A DNA stretch of 56,514 nt, from the NCBI GenBank assembly GCA_964194815.1, contig CAXMOB010000359.1:1-56514 (forward strand), given 5' to 3'. Under the pieces are notes generated by a model that saw only the letters and a program-made list of their open reading frames with translations, had not been told where the DNA came from and ran no database searches. Shown piece after piece: positions 28,599 to 38,521 of the stretch (position 1 is the first letter of the stretch; every line of letters starts with the position of its first letter). Position numbers and translations under genes: made by a program. This DNA comes from Vicinamibacteria bacterium (GTDB lineage: Bacteria; Verrucomicrobiota; Verrucomicrobiia; Verrucomicrobiales; Akkermansiaceae).

Positions 28599-30212
28599 TT
28601 ATTGGGCATTTTTGAGTGATGCGGCAATAAATCCAGCGAAGATTGGATGTGGCTGGTTTGGCCGTGACTGGAACTCTGGGTGGAACTGAGCACCAATGTA
28701 GAATGGATGGTCTGCGATTTCTACGATCTCCACGAGTCCTTCGTCGGCTGAAATCGATGAGATTTTGAGGCCTGCAGCTTCGAGTTGTTCACTGTAGGCT
28801 GGGTTGAACTCATAGCGGTGACGGTGACGTTCTGTGATGAGTTCACTACCGTAGAGTTCGAATGCCTTTGTGCCAGGGAATATTTTTGAGTCAGAAGCAC
28901 CGAGGCGCATGTTGGCACCCATTGTTTCTAGCCCTTGTTGTTCTTCTTGTAGTGAAATTACAGGGTGAGCAGTGTCTTTGTTGAACTCAGTAGAGTTAGC
29001 ACCTTCTAGGTTACAGACGTTACGAGCAAATTCGATGGTTGCGATTTGCATGCCTAGGCAGATACCAAAGAGTGGAACATTATTCTCACGAGCAAACTTA
29101 GCAGAAAGAATTTTACCTTCTGTGCCACGGTCGCCAAAACCTCCGGGGATAAGAATGCCGGCGACATCCTTAAGGTGAAGTGCCGCACCTTCTTCTTCAA
29201 TTTTTTCAGCATCAACACGGATGACCTTGACGCGTGTGTCGTGGGCTGCACCTGCGATGGTGAGTGATTCGTAGATGGACTTGTATGCATCTTGAAGTTC
29301 GATGTATTTTCCGACAACTGCGATGCTGACTTCGAATGTTGGGTTGATCACGCGATCGACAAAGCCACGCCACCCTTCGAGATCAGGTGTCTCTGAGTCC
29401 AAGCCGAGGCAGTCAGTCACAAGGCGATCAAGCTTGTCGCGACGTAGGTCGAGTGGACATTCGTAAATGGTGTGAGCTACATCGCGGAAAGCTACTACGT
29501 TCTTTGATTCGACGTTACAGAACATTGCGATTTTGGCACGGTTTTCTTCGTTTAGATCGTGTTCTGTGCGGCAAACAATAATGTCAGGAATAATCCCAAT
29601 CTCACGAAGCTTAGCAACTGACTGCTGTGTTGGCTTCGTTTTAATTTCTCCTGCTGCAGCGATGTACGGGAGTAGTGTCACGTGGGTAAAACAGACATTG
29701 TCACGGCCAACTTCTAGAGCGAACTGACGGAGTGCTTCAAGGAAGAGATGGCCTTCGATGTCACCAGTAGTCCCGCCGATTTCGGTGATGATTACATCAG
29801 CATCAGAACTGTCAGTAATTTCACGGATACGGTCTTTAATGACGTCTGTGCAGTGTGGAATGAACTGAACTGTCTTGCCAAGGTAAACGCCCTTGCGTTC
29901 GTTCTGAATTACCTTTTCAAATACTTGACCAGAAGTGATGTTGTTGAGGCGAGTGCACTCGCTATTAGTGAAGCGCTCATAGTGGCCGAGGTCGAGATCT
30001 GTTTCTGCACCGTCAGCAAGCACGTAAACTTCGCCGTGTTGGTAGGGTGACATTGTTCCTGGATCTACGTTGAGGTAGGGATCGAACTTCTGGATCATAA
30101 CCTTAAGTCCACGGTGCTCAAGTAATGTACCGAGAGAGGCAGCGACGAGTCCTTTACCGAGTGATGAGACAACGCCACCAGTGACGAAGATGTATTTAGT
30201 TGGATTAGCCAT
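28599..30212 (-). CDS. pyrG: CTP synthase
   Basis: KYIFVTGGVVSSLGKG, DPYLNVDPGTM, KTKPTQ, GICLGMQ, QFHPEF. Confidence 0.98.
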   Translation of the reverse strand: MANPTKYIFVTGGVVSSLGKGLVAASLGTLLEHRGLKVMIQKFDPYLNVDPGTMSPYQHGEVYVLADGAETDLDLGHYERFTNSECTRLNNITSGQVFEKVIQNERKGVYLGKTVQFIPHCTDVIKDRIREITDSSDADVIITEIGGTTGDIEGHLFLEALRQFALEVGRDNVCFTHVTLLPYIAAAGEIKTKPTQQSVAKLREIGIIPDIIVCRTEHDLNEENRAKIAMFCNVESKNVVAFRDVAHTIYECPLDLRRDKLDRLVTDCLGLDSETPDLEGWRGFVDRVINPTFEVSIAVVGKYIELQDAYKSIYESLTIAGAAHDTRVKVIRVDAEKIEEEGAALHLKDVAGILIPGGFGDRGTEGKILSAKFARENNVPLFGICLGMQIATIEFARNVCNLEGANSTEFNKDTAHPVISLQEEQQGLETMGANMRLGASDSKIFPGTKAFELYGSELITERHRHRYEFNPAYSEQLEAAGLKISSISADEGLVEIVEIADHPFYIGAQFHPEFQSRPNQPHPIFAGFIAASLKNAQ

Positions 30213-30249
30213 TGTGAAATGAATGTGTGTGTTTGAGAATGTTGTGAAA

Positions 30250-30999
30250 TTAAGATTGAAGCAGTTTTTGTAAGGCTTCGGCTTGTTCTAAAGTGTCGAT
30301 GCCGCCAGATTCATCAGTGGTGATGATGACCTTGATTCTGGCGCCATTTTCGAGAGCTCTGAGCTGTTCAAGGCTTTCTGCAAGTTCGAGTGGTGATGGC
30401 TCCCAGGTGACAAATTCGGTGAGAAATTGTCGTTGGTAGGCATAGATGCCTTTATGTCGAAGTAAAGTGAGTGCTGGCGAAGGGTTGCGCTGGAATGGCA
30501 ATGGACTACGTGAAAAGTAGAGAGCTTCGCCATTTTTGTTGAGCACGCATTTGACTACATTGGGGTCATTGAGAAGTGAATCGTCGTTAAAAGCATTGGC
30601 AGCAGTGGCCATGGAAATCTCAGCGGAGTTGATTAGCACCATAGCAAGTTCATCAATGAGAGCTGGCTCGATCATTGGTTCGTCGCCTTGAATGTTGATG
30701 ATCTGTGTTGCCTGCGGGTAGTGAGATACAGCTTCAGCGAGGCGGTCTGTGCCAGTTGGATGGTCGACCGATGTCATCACTGCTTCACCACCGAAAGCGA
30801 CGACTGTGTCGAATACCTGTTGTTCATCAGTTGCGACGATGACCTTGTCGAGCTTACTACATTGTTGGCAGCGTTCCCAAACGTGTTGGATGAGCGGTTT
30901 TCCAGCGATGAGGTGGAGCATCTTTCCGGGGAAGCGTGAAGATGCCCAGCGAGCTGGGATGACACCAAGAATAAAGCTAGAATTTGATACGGAACTCAT
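30250..30999 (-). CDS. kdsB: 3-deoxy-manno-octulosonate cytidylyltransferase
   Basis: IPARWASSRFPGK, TGTDR, NIQGDEP, ALYFSR, ESLEQLRALE. Confidence 0.95.
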   Translation of the reverse strand: MSSVSNSSFILGVIPARWASSRFPGKMLHLIAGKPLIQHVWERCQQCSKLDKVIVATDEQQVFDTVVAFGGEAVMTSVDHPTGTDRLAEAVSHYPQATQIINIQGDEPMIEPALIDELAMVLINSAEISMATAANAFNDDSLLNDPNVVKCVLNKNGEALYFSRSPLPFQRNPSPALTLLRHKGIYAYQRQFLTEFVTWEPSPLELAESLEQLRALENGARIKVIITTDESGGIDTLEQAEALQKLLQS

Positions 31000-31342
31000 C
31001 ACAACGTAGGTTGCAAAAATCTAGGTGTATCTGACACGATGAGCAAGATCGTTTTTATATTTTTGCTAGGTTTCTATTGGGGAGGAGTGTAGAAGCCGGA
31101 GGAGGGGTGGTTTGTCTGTGAATAGGGTGCCCTTTCGATTGAGAGGCTTAGGTCTCAGTGTGTGACCCAATGTTGAAGCTTATTGCTCCTGTTGATTCTA
31201 TGAAATCGACCTTCGCGATGGCGTTTGAAGCCGATTTAAGTTCGAGCCAGATAGGGGCATTTAAGTCGAATCTCATCAGGCTATCAGACTAGGTGAAGAC
31301 GTCTAGGTCTCATCACTTGGAAGATCCCTCAGAAGGGCATAT

Positions 31343-31376
31343 AAAAACCTCTGCAAGTTAACTTACAGAGGTTTTT
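31343..31376 (-). terminator. Intrinsic terminator after argG
   Basis: AAAAACCTCTGCAAG-TTAA-CTTACAGAGGTTTTT inverted repeat with A/T tails. Confidence 0.85.
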
Positions 31377-31398
31377 GTAAAATAGTTAGACGTGAGGT

Positions 31399-32682
31399 CT
31401 ATTGCTTCTGACGAGCATTCGCACGGAGGCGGAGTGCGTTCAGTGTGATGAAACCAGTTGCATCATTTTGGTTGTAGGCATCTTCTGCTCCACCTTCCAT
31501 TGTTGCGATGTCTTCGTCGTAGAGTGAAAGTGGCGATTTGCGGCCTGCGTTGATACAGTTGCCCTTGTACAACTTGAGACGAACTTCACCAGTCACAGTT
31601 CTCTGTGTTGAGGTGATGAGGTCTTGCATGGCTTCACGTTCAGGGGCATACCAGAAACCGTTGTAGATCATCTCCGCGTAACGTGGGATGAGGCTGTCAC
31701 GGAGTGATTGAGCTTCACGGTCGATCGTGAGCGTCTCGAGATCACGGTGAGCTGCTAGAATAATTGTTCCACCTGGTGTCTCGTAGACGCCACGTGATTT
31801 CATACCAACATAGCGGTTTTCAACGAGGTCAATTCTGCCGATGCCGTGCTTGCCACCGAGGAAGTTAAGCACACGCATCACACCGTATGGAGTGAGGAGA
31901 GTGTAGCCGTCTTGCTCGCCCTGAACGGTGAAGTCACCAAGTTCAGTGATGATACCTTCGAGACCTTCAACTTGAAGACCTGTGATATTACCTTTTTCGA
32001 AAAGGAATTGAACGTATTCAGCTTGGTCTGGTGCATTTTCAGGTGAGACTGAAAGCATATACATGTCTTCGTTTGATTCAGCCGATGCGTCGAACCATGT
32101 GTCTTCCATGTCACCAGCTTCGAATGAAATGTGAAGAAGGTTACGGTCCATAGAATAAGGCTTCTTCATTGATGCCTTAATAGGAATGTTGTTTTCTTCA
32201 GCGTAAGCAATCATTTCAGCACGTCCCGGGAACTGAGCACGGAACTCTTCGTCACGCCAAGGAGCGATGCATTGGATGTCAGGAGCTAGAGCTGCAGCCG
32301 CGAACTCGAAACGTACCTGGTCGTTTCCTTTGCCGGTAGCACCGTGAGCGATAGCGTCAGCACCCTCTGCGATAGCAACGTCCATCATGCCCTTCATGAT
32401 ACATGGACGAGCAATAGATGTTCCGAGCAGGTAACGGCCTTCGTAAAGAGCATTGCCTTGGAACATTGGATAAATGTAGTTCTCTGCGAAATCTTCCTTA
32501 AGGTCACCGATGTAACACTTAGAAGCTCCTGTAGCTAGAGCTTTGGCCTCGAGGCCGTCAAGTTCCTCCGCTTGCCCGACGTCAGCACAGTAAGCGATGA
32601 TTTCGGCATTATATTTGTCTTTGAGCCACTTCAATAGCACTGATGTGTCAAGACCTCCTGAGTATGCGACAATGATTTTCAT
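31399..32682 (-). CDS. argG: Argininosuccinate synthase
   Basis: [51 protein letters not shown]. Confidence 0.97.
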   Translation of the reverse strand: MKIIVAYSGGLDTSVLLKWLKDKYNAEIIAYCADVGQAEELDGLEAKALATGASKCYIGDLKEDFAENYIYPMFQGNALYEGRYLLGTSIARPCIMKGMMDVAIAEGADAIAHGATGKGNDQVRFEFAAAALAPDIQCIAPWRDEEFRAQFPGRAEMIAYAEENNIPIKASMKKPYSMDRNLLHISFEAGDMEDTWFDASAESNEDMYMLSVSPENAPDQAEYVQFLFEKGNITGLQVEGLEGIITELGDFTVQGEQDGYTLLTPYGVMRVLNFLGGKHGIGRIDLVENRYVGMKSRGVYETPGGTIILAAHRDLETLTIDREAQSLRDSLIPRYAEMIYNGFWYAPEREAMQDLITSTQRTVTGEVRLKLYKGNCINAGRKSPLSLYDEDIATMEGGAEDAYNQNDATGFITLNALRLRANARQKQ

Positions 32683-32708
32683 AATGGTGTGTTAGTTGAG
32701 ATTATTGG

Positions 32709-33887
32709 TTAAATAAGTTTTGCGGTAAATTTTTTACTGAGACGAAGGACGTCCCCAGCTTTGAGAGTGACTACAGCGAATGGATCGGTGAGCTTTTCTC
32801 CATTGAGTTGAATAGCTCCTGGTGCGATCGATTGCTTTTTGAGTTCGCCATTGGATTTTTTCACGCCGAAGCCAATTTCAAATGCAGCGGCTGCGAGAGT
32901 AAGGACAGTGAGCTCGCTAGGCAAGTCTGCAATCGCGAGTTCTTTGGCACCAGAGGAATTGTCCTTTGACTTGTTGAGCCATGATTCAATAGCTGCGTCC
33001 GCTGCTGCCTCGTCGTGGTAGCGAGTGGCAATACTTTTTGCAAGTGCGAGTTTGGCATCGCGCGGATGATGTGACTGGTCACGATTCGTGCCTAGGAGTA
33101 GGCTGTAGTAGCGATCCATCAAGGCATCTGAGATACTCATGATTTTGTTGACCATTTCTGTCGCTGGTTCTGAGACGCCAATGTAATTCTTCGATGACTT
33201 GGACATCTTCTTGATACCGTCGAGCCCTTCGAGCAAAGGCATGAGGATGACAACCTGCTGAGGCATACCTTCTTCTTTTTGAAGGTCGCGTCCAACGAGG
33301 TTGTTAAACATTTGATCTGTGCCACCTAGTTCGATATCAGATTTGACCATCACTGAGTCCCAGCCCTGCATAATAGGGTATTGGATCTCGTGGAGGCGTA
33401 CCTCAGTGCCTTCGTTGATACGTTTCTTGAAATCTTCGCGCTGCATCATTTGCTGCATGGTGACGCGTGCATTGAGCTTGAGCACTTGCTCGTAAGTCAT
33501 CTTGCGGAACCAATCGCCATTGTAGACAACTTCGGTTTTCTCCGCGTCAAGGATCTTAAATGCTTGAGTTGTGTAGGTCTCAGCGTTAGCGAGCACTTCG
33601 TCACGAGTGATCGGTGGACGGGCTGCTGAGCGACCGGTTGGGTCACCAACTGTGGCCGTGAAGTCGCCAATAATGAGGACGGCAGTGTGTCCAAGTTGTT
33701 GGAACTGGCGAAGCTTTTCGATAGCAACAGTGTGGCCAAGGTGAATATCTGGAGCGGTAGGGTCGACCCCCAGTTTCACTCTCAGAGGTCTGTTGAGTTC
33801 GAGCTTTTCTTTTAATTCCTTTTCGGAAAGAACTTTAGCGGTTCCTTGAATCAAAATTTTCAGTGCTTCATCCGTGCTAATTGCCAT
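32709..33887 (-). CDS. tyrS: Tyrosine--tRNA ligase
   Basis: GVDPTAPDIHLGH, GGTDQ, KKMSKS, C-terminal S4-like domain. Confidence 0.96.
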   Translation of the reverse strand: MAISTDEALKILIQGTAKVLSEKELKEKLELNRPLRVKLGVDPTAPDIHLGHTVAIEKLRQFQQLGHTAVLIIGDFTATVGDPTGRSAARPPITRDEVLANAETYTTQAFKILDAEKTEVVYNGDWFRKMTYEQVLKLNARVTMQQMMQREDFKKRINEGTEVRLHEIQYPIMQGWDSVMVKSDIELGGTDQMFNNLVGRDLQKEEGMPQQVVILMPLLEGLDGIKKMSKSSKNYIGVSEPATEMVNKIMSISDALMDRYYSLLLGTNRDQSHHPRDAKLALAKSIATRYHDEAAADAAIESWLNKSKDNSSGAKELAIADLPSELTVLTLAAAAFEIGFGVKKSNGELKKQSIAPGAIQLNGEKLTDPFAVVTLKAGDVLRLSKKFTAKLI

Positions 33888-34093
33888 AACGATTGGCGTG
33901 ATAAAGTATTTTGAGCAATTGAAAATAGTTATTTATGGTAAAATGTAAAAATAGTCATATTTGTTGGATTGTGGCCGAAAAATCGCATTGTTCATTTTTT
34001 ATTCGAGTGGGCTTGCAGGATGCTAAAATTCATGTAATCTATAGTCGTTAGGGTAAGGTTCCCTCAACTTTAAATATTAACCGATCAAGAACA

Positions 34094-34324
34094 ATGCAAG
34101 AAGGCACAATCGAAAACGAATCATTAGTAGCGAAGACAAAGACAGCAGCCATCGGGCGTGCTGATAAGATCAAGCAAGCAGCAGCTGAGAAGCTCAACAA
34201 AGGTAAGGAAAAGGCAAAGCAAATTCACGTATCTGGAGAAGACTACGTGCGTGCTCACCCAACGAAGTGTGTGCTCGGAGCACTCGGACTTGGTGTTGCT
34301 ATCGGCCTTATTGTTCGACGATAA
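34094..34324 (+). CDS. DUF883 / ElaB-YqjD family protein
   Basis: C-terminal EDYVRAHPTKCVLGALGLGVAIGLIVRR tail anchor. Confidence 0.85.
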   Translation: MQEGTIENESLVAKTKTAAIGRADKIKQAAAEKLNKGKEKAKQIHVSGEDYVRAHPTKCVLGALGLGVAIGLIVRR

Positions 34325-34342
34325 TTCAATCGTGAATTTTTT

Positions 34343-34369
34343 AAGGGTGATCACGCTGTGGTCACCCTT
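34343..34369 (+). terminator. Hairpin between the DUF883 and YqjE-like genes (weak terminator or mRNA stabiliser)
   Basis: AAGGGTGATCAC-GCT-GTGGTCACCCTT followed by GTTTAT. Confidence 0.45.
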
Positions 34370-34386
34370 GTTTATCTATCTCCACA

Positions 34387-34821
34387 ATGTTTGGTAGAAA
34401 TATAGAGCCTGAAGAGGACTCAATCACGCTGAAAGAAGCGCTTGGCATTCTTAAAGAGAATGTGGGCGATTACTTTGTTGCGAGGCGTGAACTTTTAGAA
34501 ATTGAACTTGGTGAGGCCTCAGCGGTGCTTGCCAAGAAGGTAGCATTGCTGTTGATGGCTGCAGTGATGGGAGTATTTGCATACTTCTTATTCTGGGTGG
34601 TTGCGATTATGCTTATTGCTCAAGTTTTACAAGGGCATCTCGGAGAATTTTTTGCATCACTAGGCGAGTGGGTCCTAGTGAGTGGTGTAGTTGTTGTGAT
34701 TCATGCGGTGGTATTGGTCGTCTTATTGAAGATGCTAAAGAGAAAGCCTGATGTTGAATTGTTTGCAGTGACAAAATCTGAACTTCAAAAAGATAAGGAA
34801 TGGCTAGCAAGAAACAAATAG
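34387..34821 (+). CDS. YqjE-like (putative holin-III family) membrane protein
   Basis: ARRELLEIELGE, two TM helices, C-terminal ELQKDKEWL. Synteny with DUF883. Confidence 0.75.
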   Translation: MFGRNIEPEEDSITLKEALGILKENVGDYFVARRELLEIELGEASAVLAKKVALLLMAAVMGVFAYFLFWVVAIMLIAQVLQGHLGEFFASLGEWVLVSGVVVVIHAVVLVVLLKMLKRKPDVELFAVTKSELQKDKEWLARNK

Positions 34822-35171
34822 CAGCACGGCAGCAGCGAAAGCGAGAGCTGTCAGATCAGTTAGCGATTTCACGTGAAACAATTAACTTGAGCCGCGATTT
34901 GGTCAAGGAGGCAGTGGATGTGAAGAAAAAGCTGAAGCGTGTCATATTACAAAATCAAACAAAGGTAGCTCTTGGGTCTGCATTGATTGGCCTCGCTGGT
35001 TCTATGCTCTTTTTCCGAAAGGAAAAAACTGAGCAGTCTCATAAGAAGGGTGTTTCCGGATGGGTGAAAAAGCTCATTATTGGTTTTGCTATCAAGAAGG
35101 CTAAGAATGTAGCCCTCGACAAAGCAAAACAGGTTCTAATTCATAAAATTCAACAACGTAGCCAACTTTAA
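34800..35171 (+). CDS. Hypothetical protein (YqjK-like position)
   Basis: Basic, one TM segment, overlaps the previous gene. Third member of an ElaB/YqjE/YqjK-like trio. Confidence 0.6.
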   Translation: MASKKQIAARQQRKRELSDQLAISRETINLSRDLVKEAVDVKKKLKRVILQNQTKVALGSALIGLAGSMLFFRKEKTEQSHKKGVSGWVKKLIIGFAIKKAKNVALDKAKQVLIHKIQQRSQL

Positions 35172-35800
35172 TGCTCAAGCCATCACTTTTCTTACTCGTT
35201 ACCCTCGCCGCTCTTCATTCGTGTTCGAATGATAAGCCTGTCCAAAGAATCACAGCAGCAATCGAAGTCGATGCTGAAGCCGATAAGGTGAAGGAGGTGC
35301 TTATTCCTGAAGTGGGGCCAGAGCCAAACCCTAAAGAACTTGAACCTGAGGTGGTGCAAAAGCCTACTGAGGCATCAACGATGGAGAAATGGCTCAAAGG
35401 GGGAGTTGTGTATCAAGAAAATGGACAGGTGGTGCAAAAAGACATCACCAAGGGGCCTAGATTCTATGTCATGTATATCACTGCGGAGTGGTCGAATGCG
35501 TGTAAAGGCAACGTTAGTCACTTAAAGAAAATCTATAAAAATGATTGGCAAGTATCTAAGGATGTGGAACTTGTCATGGTGAGTTCAGACGATGCCAAGT
35601 GGGTGATGAAATGGGCTGGCGAAGAGCAACTCGAATGGCCAGTATTGTTAGGTGATGCTATTAAAAAAATACCTAATCTTTATGATCTGAGCCAACGTTA
35701 CGTTGGGTACTATCTGTTATTTGATAAAGACGGCAAGCAATATCAGACGGTCAACTTGGAGGATTGTATTGGGAAGTTGAAAGAGCTGAGGGGGGAGTGA
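35171..35800 (+). CDS. Thioredoxin-fold lipoprotein with degenerate SxxC site
   Basis: Lipobox-like LHSC, YVMYITAEWSNACK, VELVMVSSD, WAGEEQLEWP. Confidence 0.75.
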   Translation: MLKPSLFLLVTLAALHSCSNDKPVQRITAAIEVDAEADKVKEVLIPEVGPEPNPKELEPEVVQKPTEASTMEKWLKGGVVYQENGQVVQKDITKGPRFYVMYITAEWSNACKGNVSHLKKIYKNDWQVSKDVELVMVSSDDAKWVMKWAGEEQLEWPVLLGDAIKKIPNLYDLSQRYVGYYLLFDKDGKQYQTVNLEDCIGKLKELRGE

Positions 35801-35948
35801 TGAGTCTAGTTGCTAAGTTAGTGAAGCTCTTTTGACTAGATGCAGTGCTACTTCCCATTAATTGATAGGAATAGCTGGAGCTGTAAATTTTAAGTTTATC
35901 CGAGGTGTGAACTGTCGGCTTTGGCAGAGTGTTCGTATCCGGCCCTAT

Positions 35949-36275
35949 CTATGGCAGGTACATTGAGCACTTCCACTTGAGTGTGTCTACCAACTCTTTG
36001 TCCATGTATTCATAGTTATCCTTGATGGAGAGCACGGTCACGCGCTTGCCTTTGAGGTATTCGCCGAACTTGTTGTTGAGGCGAGTGCGGTGGTCCTCTT
36101 CCATCACGAAGATGTGATCGGCCCATTCAATGTGTTCTGGGACGAGCGGTACTTCGGCACTGTCGTTGAGTCCAGCGGAGTCAGCTTCGACACCCGGGTA
36201 GTCACAAAAGACAGTTTCAGCAGTACGACTGCGAAGCTTGTTTTGAGAGCATATAAAAAGGAGTTTCTTTGCCAT
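35949..36275 (-). CDS. Low-molecular-weight protein-tyrosine-phosphatase-like protein
   Basis: P-loop FICSQNKLRS (CX5R), DSAG, EWADHIFVME. Confidence 0.85.
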   Translation of the reverse strand: MAKKLLFICSQNKLRSRTAETVFCDYPGVEADSAGLNDSAEVPLVPEHIEWADHIFVMEEDHRTRLNNKFGEYLKGKRVTVLSIKDNYEYMDKELVDTLKWKCSMYLP

Positions 36276-36288
36276 TACATTAGTATAG

Positions 36289-37332
36289 TTACTTTAGCTG
36301 ATTTATCAAGGTTGTTGCTGCAGTTTCGAAAGCTTCCGATACAGGACTTTCTGCAGACGGCATGAGAGCTATTGGAGCACCATTGTCTGAACATTCTCTG
36401 GTGTGTTGGTCAATTGGTATTTGTGCTAATACTGGGATTTTCAGACGTTCCGCTTCTTTGATGCCACCACCTTCACCGAAGATGTGGTAGCGATTGCCTT
36501 CTGGGCACTCGAACCAGGCCATATTTTCAATGAGGCCAAGAATATCCACGTTCACTTTTGAGAACATAGTGATGGCTTTACGAGCATCGATGAGTGCCAC
36601 CTCCTGTGGTGTGGTGACGATGACGGCACCGTCGAGTTGCACCGTTTGAACGATAGTAAGCTGGATGTCACCTGTGCCAGGAGGGAGATCGAGAATGAGG
36701 TAGTCGAGTTCCCCCCATTCTACTTGGCGGAGAAATTGTTGAGTGTAACGAGTGGCGAGTGGGCCACGGACGATCACTGGAGCTGAATCGTCGAGAAGGA
36801 AGCCCATCGACATGAGTTTTATGCCATGTGCCTCGATTGGGATGATTTCATCATCGGCATTGGCTAATGGTTGTTCGTTGGTGCCGAACATGATGGCTGT
36901 AGACGGACCATAGAGGTCACAGTCACACAATCCAACTTTGTAGCCTTGTTTCGCGAGCGATACGGCGAGGTTGCTAGAAACAGTAGATTTACCGACACCA
37001 CCTTTACCAGAACCTACAGCGATGATGTGTTTCACACCGGGAATGGAAGTTTTTTCCTTGGAAGTTCCGACATTTTGTTCTTCTGCGGTGTCTTGTACAT
37101 CGACTGTTACACGGATTGTCCCGACACCTTCAATGGTGTTGAGTTGCTCGTGACAGTCTTTAAAAATTTGTTCAGGAACTTTGGCATCTTTTGTTGCCAC
37201 TCCAATGGTCACATGGACGTCTGCTCCATCTGTTTCAATGTTTTTCACTAGGCCAAACGCAACGATATCGCGTGAAAACCCTGGGTACTTAACCTGTGTC
37301 AGAGTTTGTTTGATGATTTCATCAGTGATCAT
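36289..37332 (-). CDS. apbC: Mrp/NBP35 (ApbC) Fe-S cluster carrier ATPase with N-terminal DUF59 domain
   Basis: GSGKGGVGKST, DLYGPS, DLPPGTGD, VTTPQ, ENM. Start at ATG 37332 (MITDE). Confidence 0.9.
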   Translation of the reverse strand: MITDEIIKQTLTQVKYPGFSRDIVAFGLVKNIETDGADVHVTIGVATKDAKVPEQIFKDCHEQLNTIEGVGTIRVTVDVQDTAEEQNVGTSKEKTSIPGVKHIIAVGSGKGGVGKSTVSSNLAVSLAKQGYKVGLCDCDLYGPSTAIMFGTNEQPLANADDEIIPIEAHGIKLMSMGFLLDDSAPVIVRGPLATRYTQQFLRQVEWGELDYLILDLPPGTGDIQLTIVQTVQLDGAVIVTTPQEVALIDARKAITMFSKVNVDILGLIENMAWFECPEGNRYHIFGEGGGIKEAERLKIPVLAQIPIDQHTRECSDNGAPIALMPSAESPVSEAFETAATTLINQLK

Positions 37333-37430
37333 GCAGCACGCATACGCCAGCATGGTATTAAAATCAAGTTAAACAGAGGAGATCAAAAAAAGATCGTGAT
37401 GTTCTTGTTAAATTGGCATAAAGGGAGGCT

Positions 37431-38096
37431 ATGAAAGCAGTGCTCGTTGATTTTGATGGTGTCATTATTGATTCGGAATGGCCGATTTATCAATCGTGGC
37501 TTCGTGTGTTCCAACGCGAAGGTCATGACTTAAAGGTTGAGAACTACGTTCAATGTATCGGGTCAGATTTTGAGGTGTGGTCGCCAGAGAAATTATTAGA
37601 ACAACTGACAGGGAAGACTTATGAGTGGACTGAAGAGAATGCCCTGCGTCAAGTTGAGATTGAGCGTGATCTAGTGGGAGTGAAGACCTTAGAGGGGATT
37701 CGCCCGCTATTAGATTGGCTTAAAGAAGAAGGAGTGGCTTGTGCTGTGGTGTCGAGTTCGACCCATCGTTGGGTGGATATGTGGTTGGAGACATTGGGTT
37801 TGCTGCCCTATTTCGATGATATTGTGTGTCGCGGTGATGCACCACGTATTAAACCTGCACCGGATCTCTATTTAGAGGGTGCGAAGCGACTTAATCTTCC
37901 TGCAGACCAATGCATTGTGCTCGAAGATTCGTTGAATGGCGTAAAAGCTGGCATTGAAGCTGGCTGTCATGTTATTGCTGTTCCAAGCCGATTGACCTGC
38001 TGTTTAGATTTTGGAGTTGCTAACGAGCAATTTGAGACTATTTCAGAAGCAGTAACTTTTATTGAATCAGTCATCGACCTCAAAGAAGTGGTTTGA
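37431..38096 (+). CDS. HAD-superfamily phosphatase
   Basis: DFDGVIIDSE, SSS, KPAPDLY, EDSLNG. Confidence 0.9.
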   Translation: MKAVLVDFDGVIIDSEWPIYQSWLRVFQREGHDLKVENYVQCIGSDFEVWSPEKLLEQLTGKTYEWTEENALRQVEIERDLVGVKTLEGIRPLLDWLKEEGVACAVVSSSTHRWVDMWLETLGLLPYFDDIVCRGDAPRIKPAPDLYLEGAKRLNLPADQCIVLEDSLNGVKAGIEAGCHVIAVPSRLTCCLDFGVANEQFETISEAVTFIESVIDLKEVV

Positions 38097-38127
38097 TGTC
38101 TAGGAATTAACACGTAGAGTATATATT

Positions 38128-38505
38128 ATGAGCAAAGAAAATCCAGAAATTACCTGTTACGTTAAAACTTTTTGCGGATGGAGTGAAGGTATCCGAGCCA
38201 TCATGCGCAAGTACGCATTAGAATTTGAAGAGAAGGATATCATTAAGAATCCTGCATTCCGTTGGGAGATGGAGCAAAAAAGTGGTCAGCCATTGAGCCC
38301 ATGTGTAGTCGTTGACGGCACCATGCTCGCGGATGTTTCTGGTGAAGAAGTGGAGCAATGGATGATTGAAAATGGTTATTTTCAGAAGGATGTTGCAGCT
38401 CCGGATGCTCCAATCGACTCATCTTGCACGGACGAACAACACGATGCTATGGCACGTGGGGAAGATCCAACTAAGGCGAAGAAAATTACCTTTTTGGAAG
38501 ATTAA
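38128..38505 (+). CDS. Glutaredoxin-like protein (CGWS)
   Basis: KTFCGWS, EEKDI, SGQPLSPCVVVDG. Confidence 0.8.
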   Translation: MSKENPEITCYVKTFCGWSEGIRAIMRKYALEFEEKDIIKNPAFRWEMEQKSGQPLSPCVVVDGTMLADVSGEEVEQWMIENGYFQKDVAAPDAPIDSSCTDEQHDAMARGEDPTKAKKITFLED

Positions 38506-38521
38506 TTTAGTTTTGTAACGC

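Noticed and set aside
30212-30250. Two TTGTGAAAT Rex-box-like half-sites between kdsB and pyrG
   Set aside because: They are direct repeats 30 bp apart, not the palindromic TTGTGAA-N4-TTCACAA arrangement.
31003-31342. Possible ncRNA or 40-codon ORF between kdsB and argG
   Set aside because: Only weak hairpins and no recognisable RNA or protein family.
34387-34821. Prophage signal from a holin-like gene
   Set aside because: The YqjE-like gene sits in the common ElaB/YqjE/YqjK-type chromosomal cluster, and no phage genes are present.
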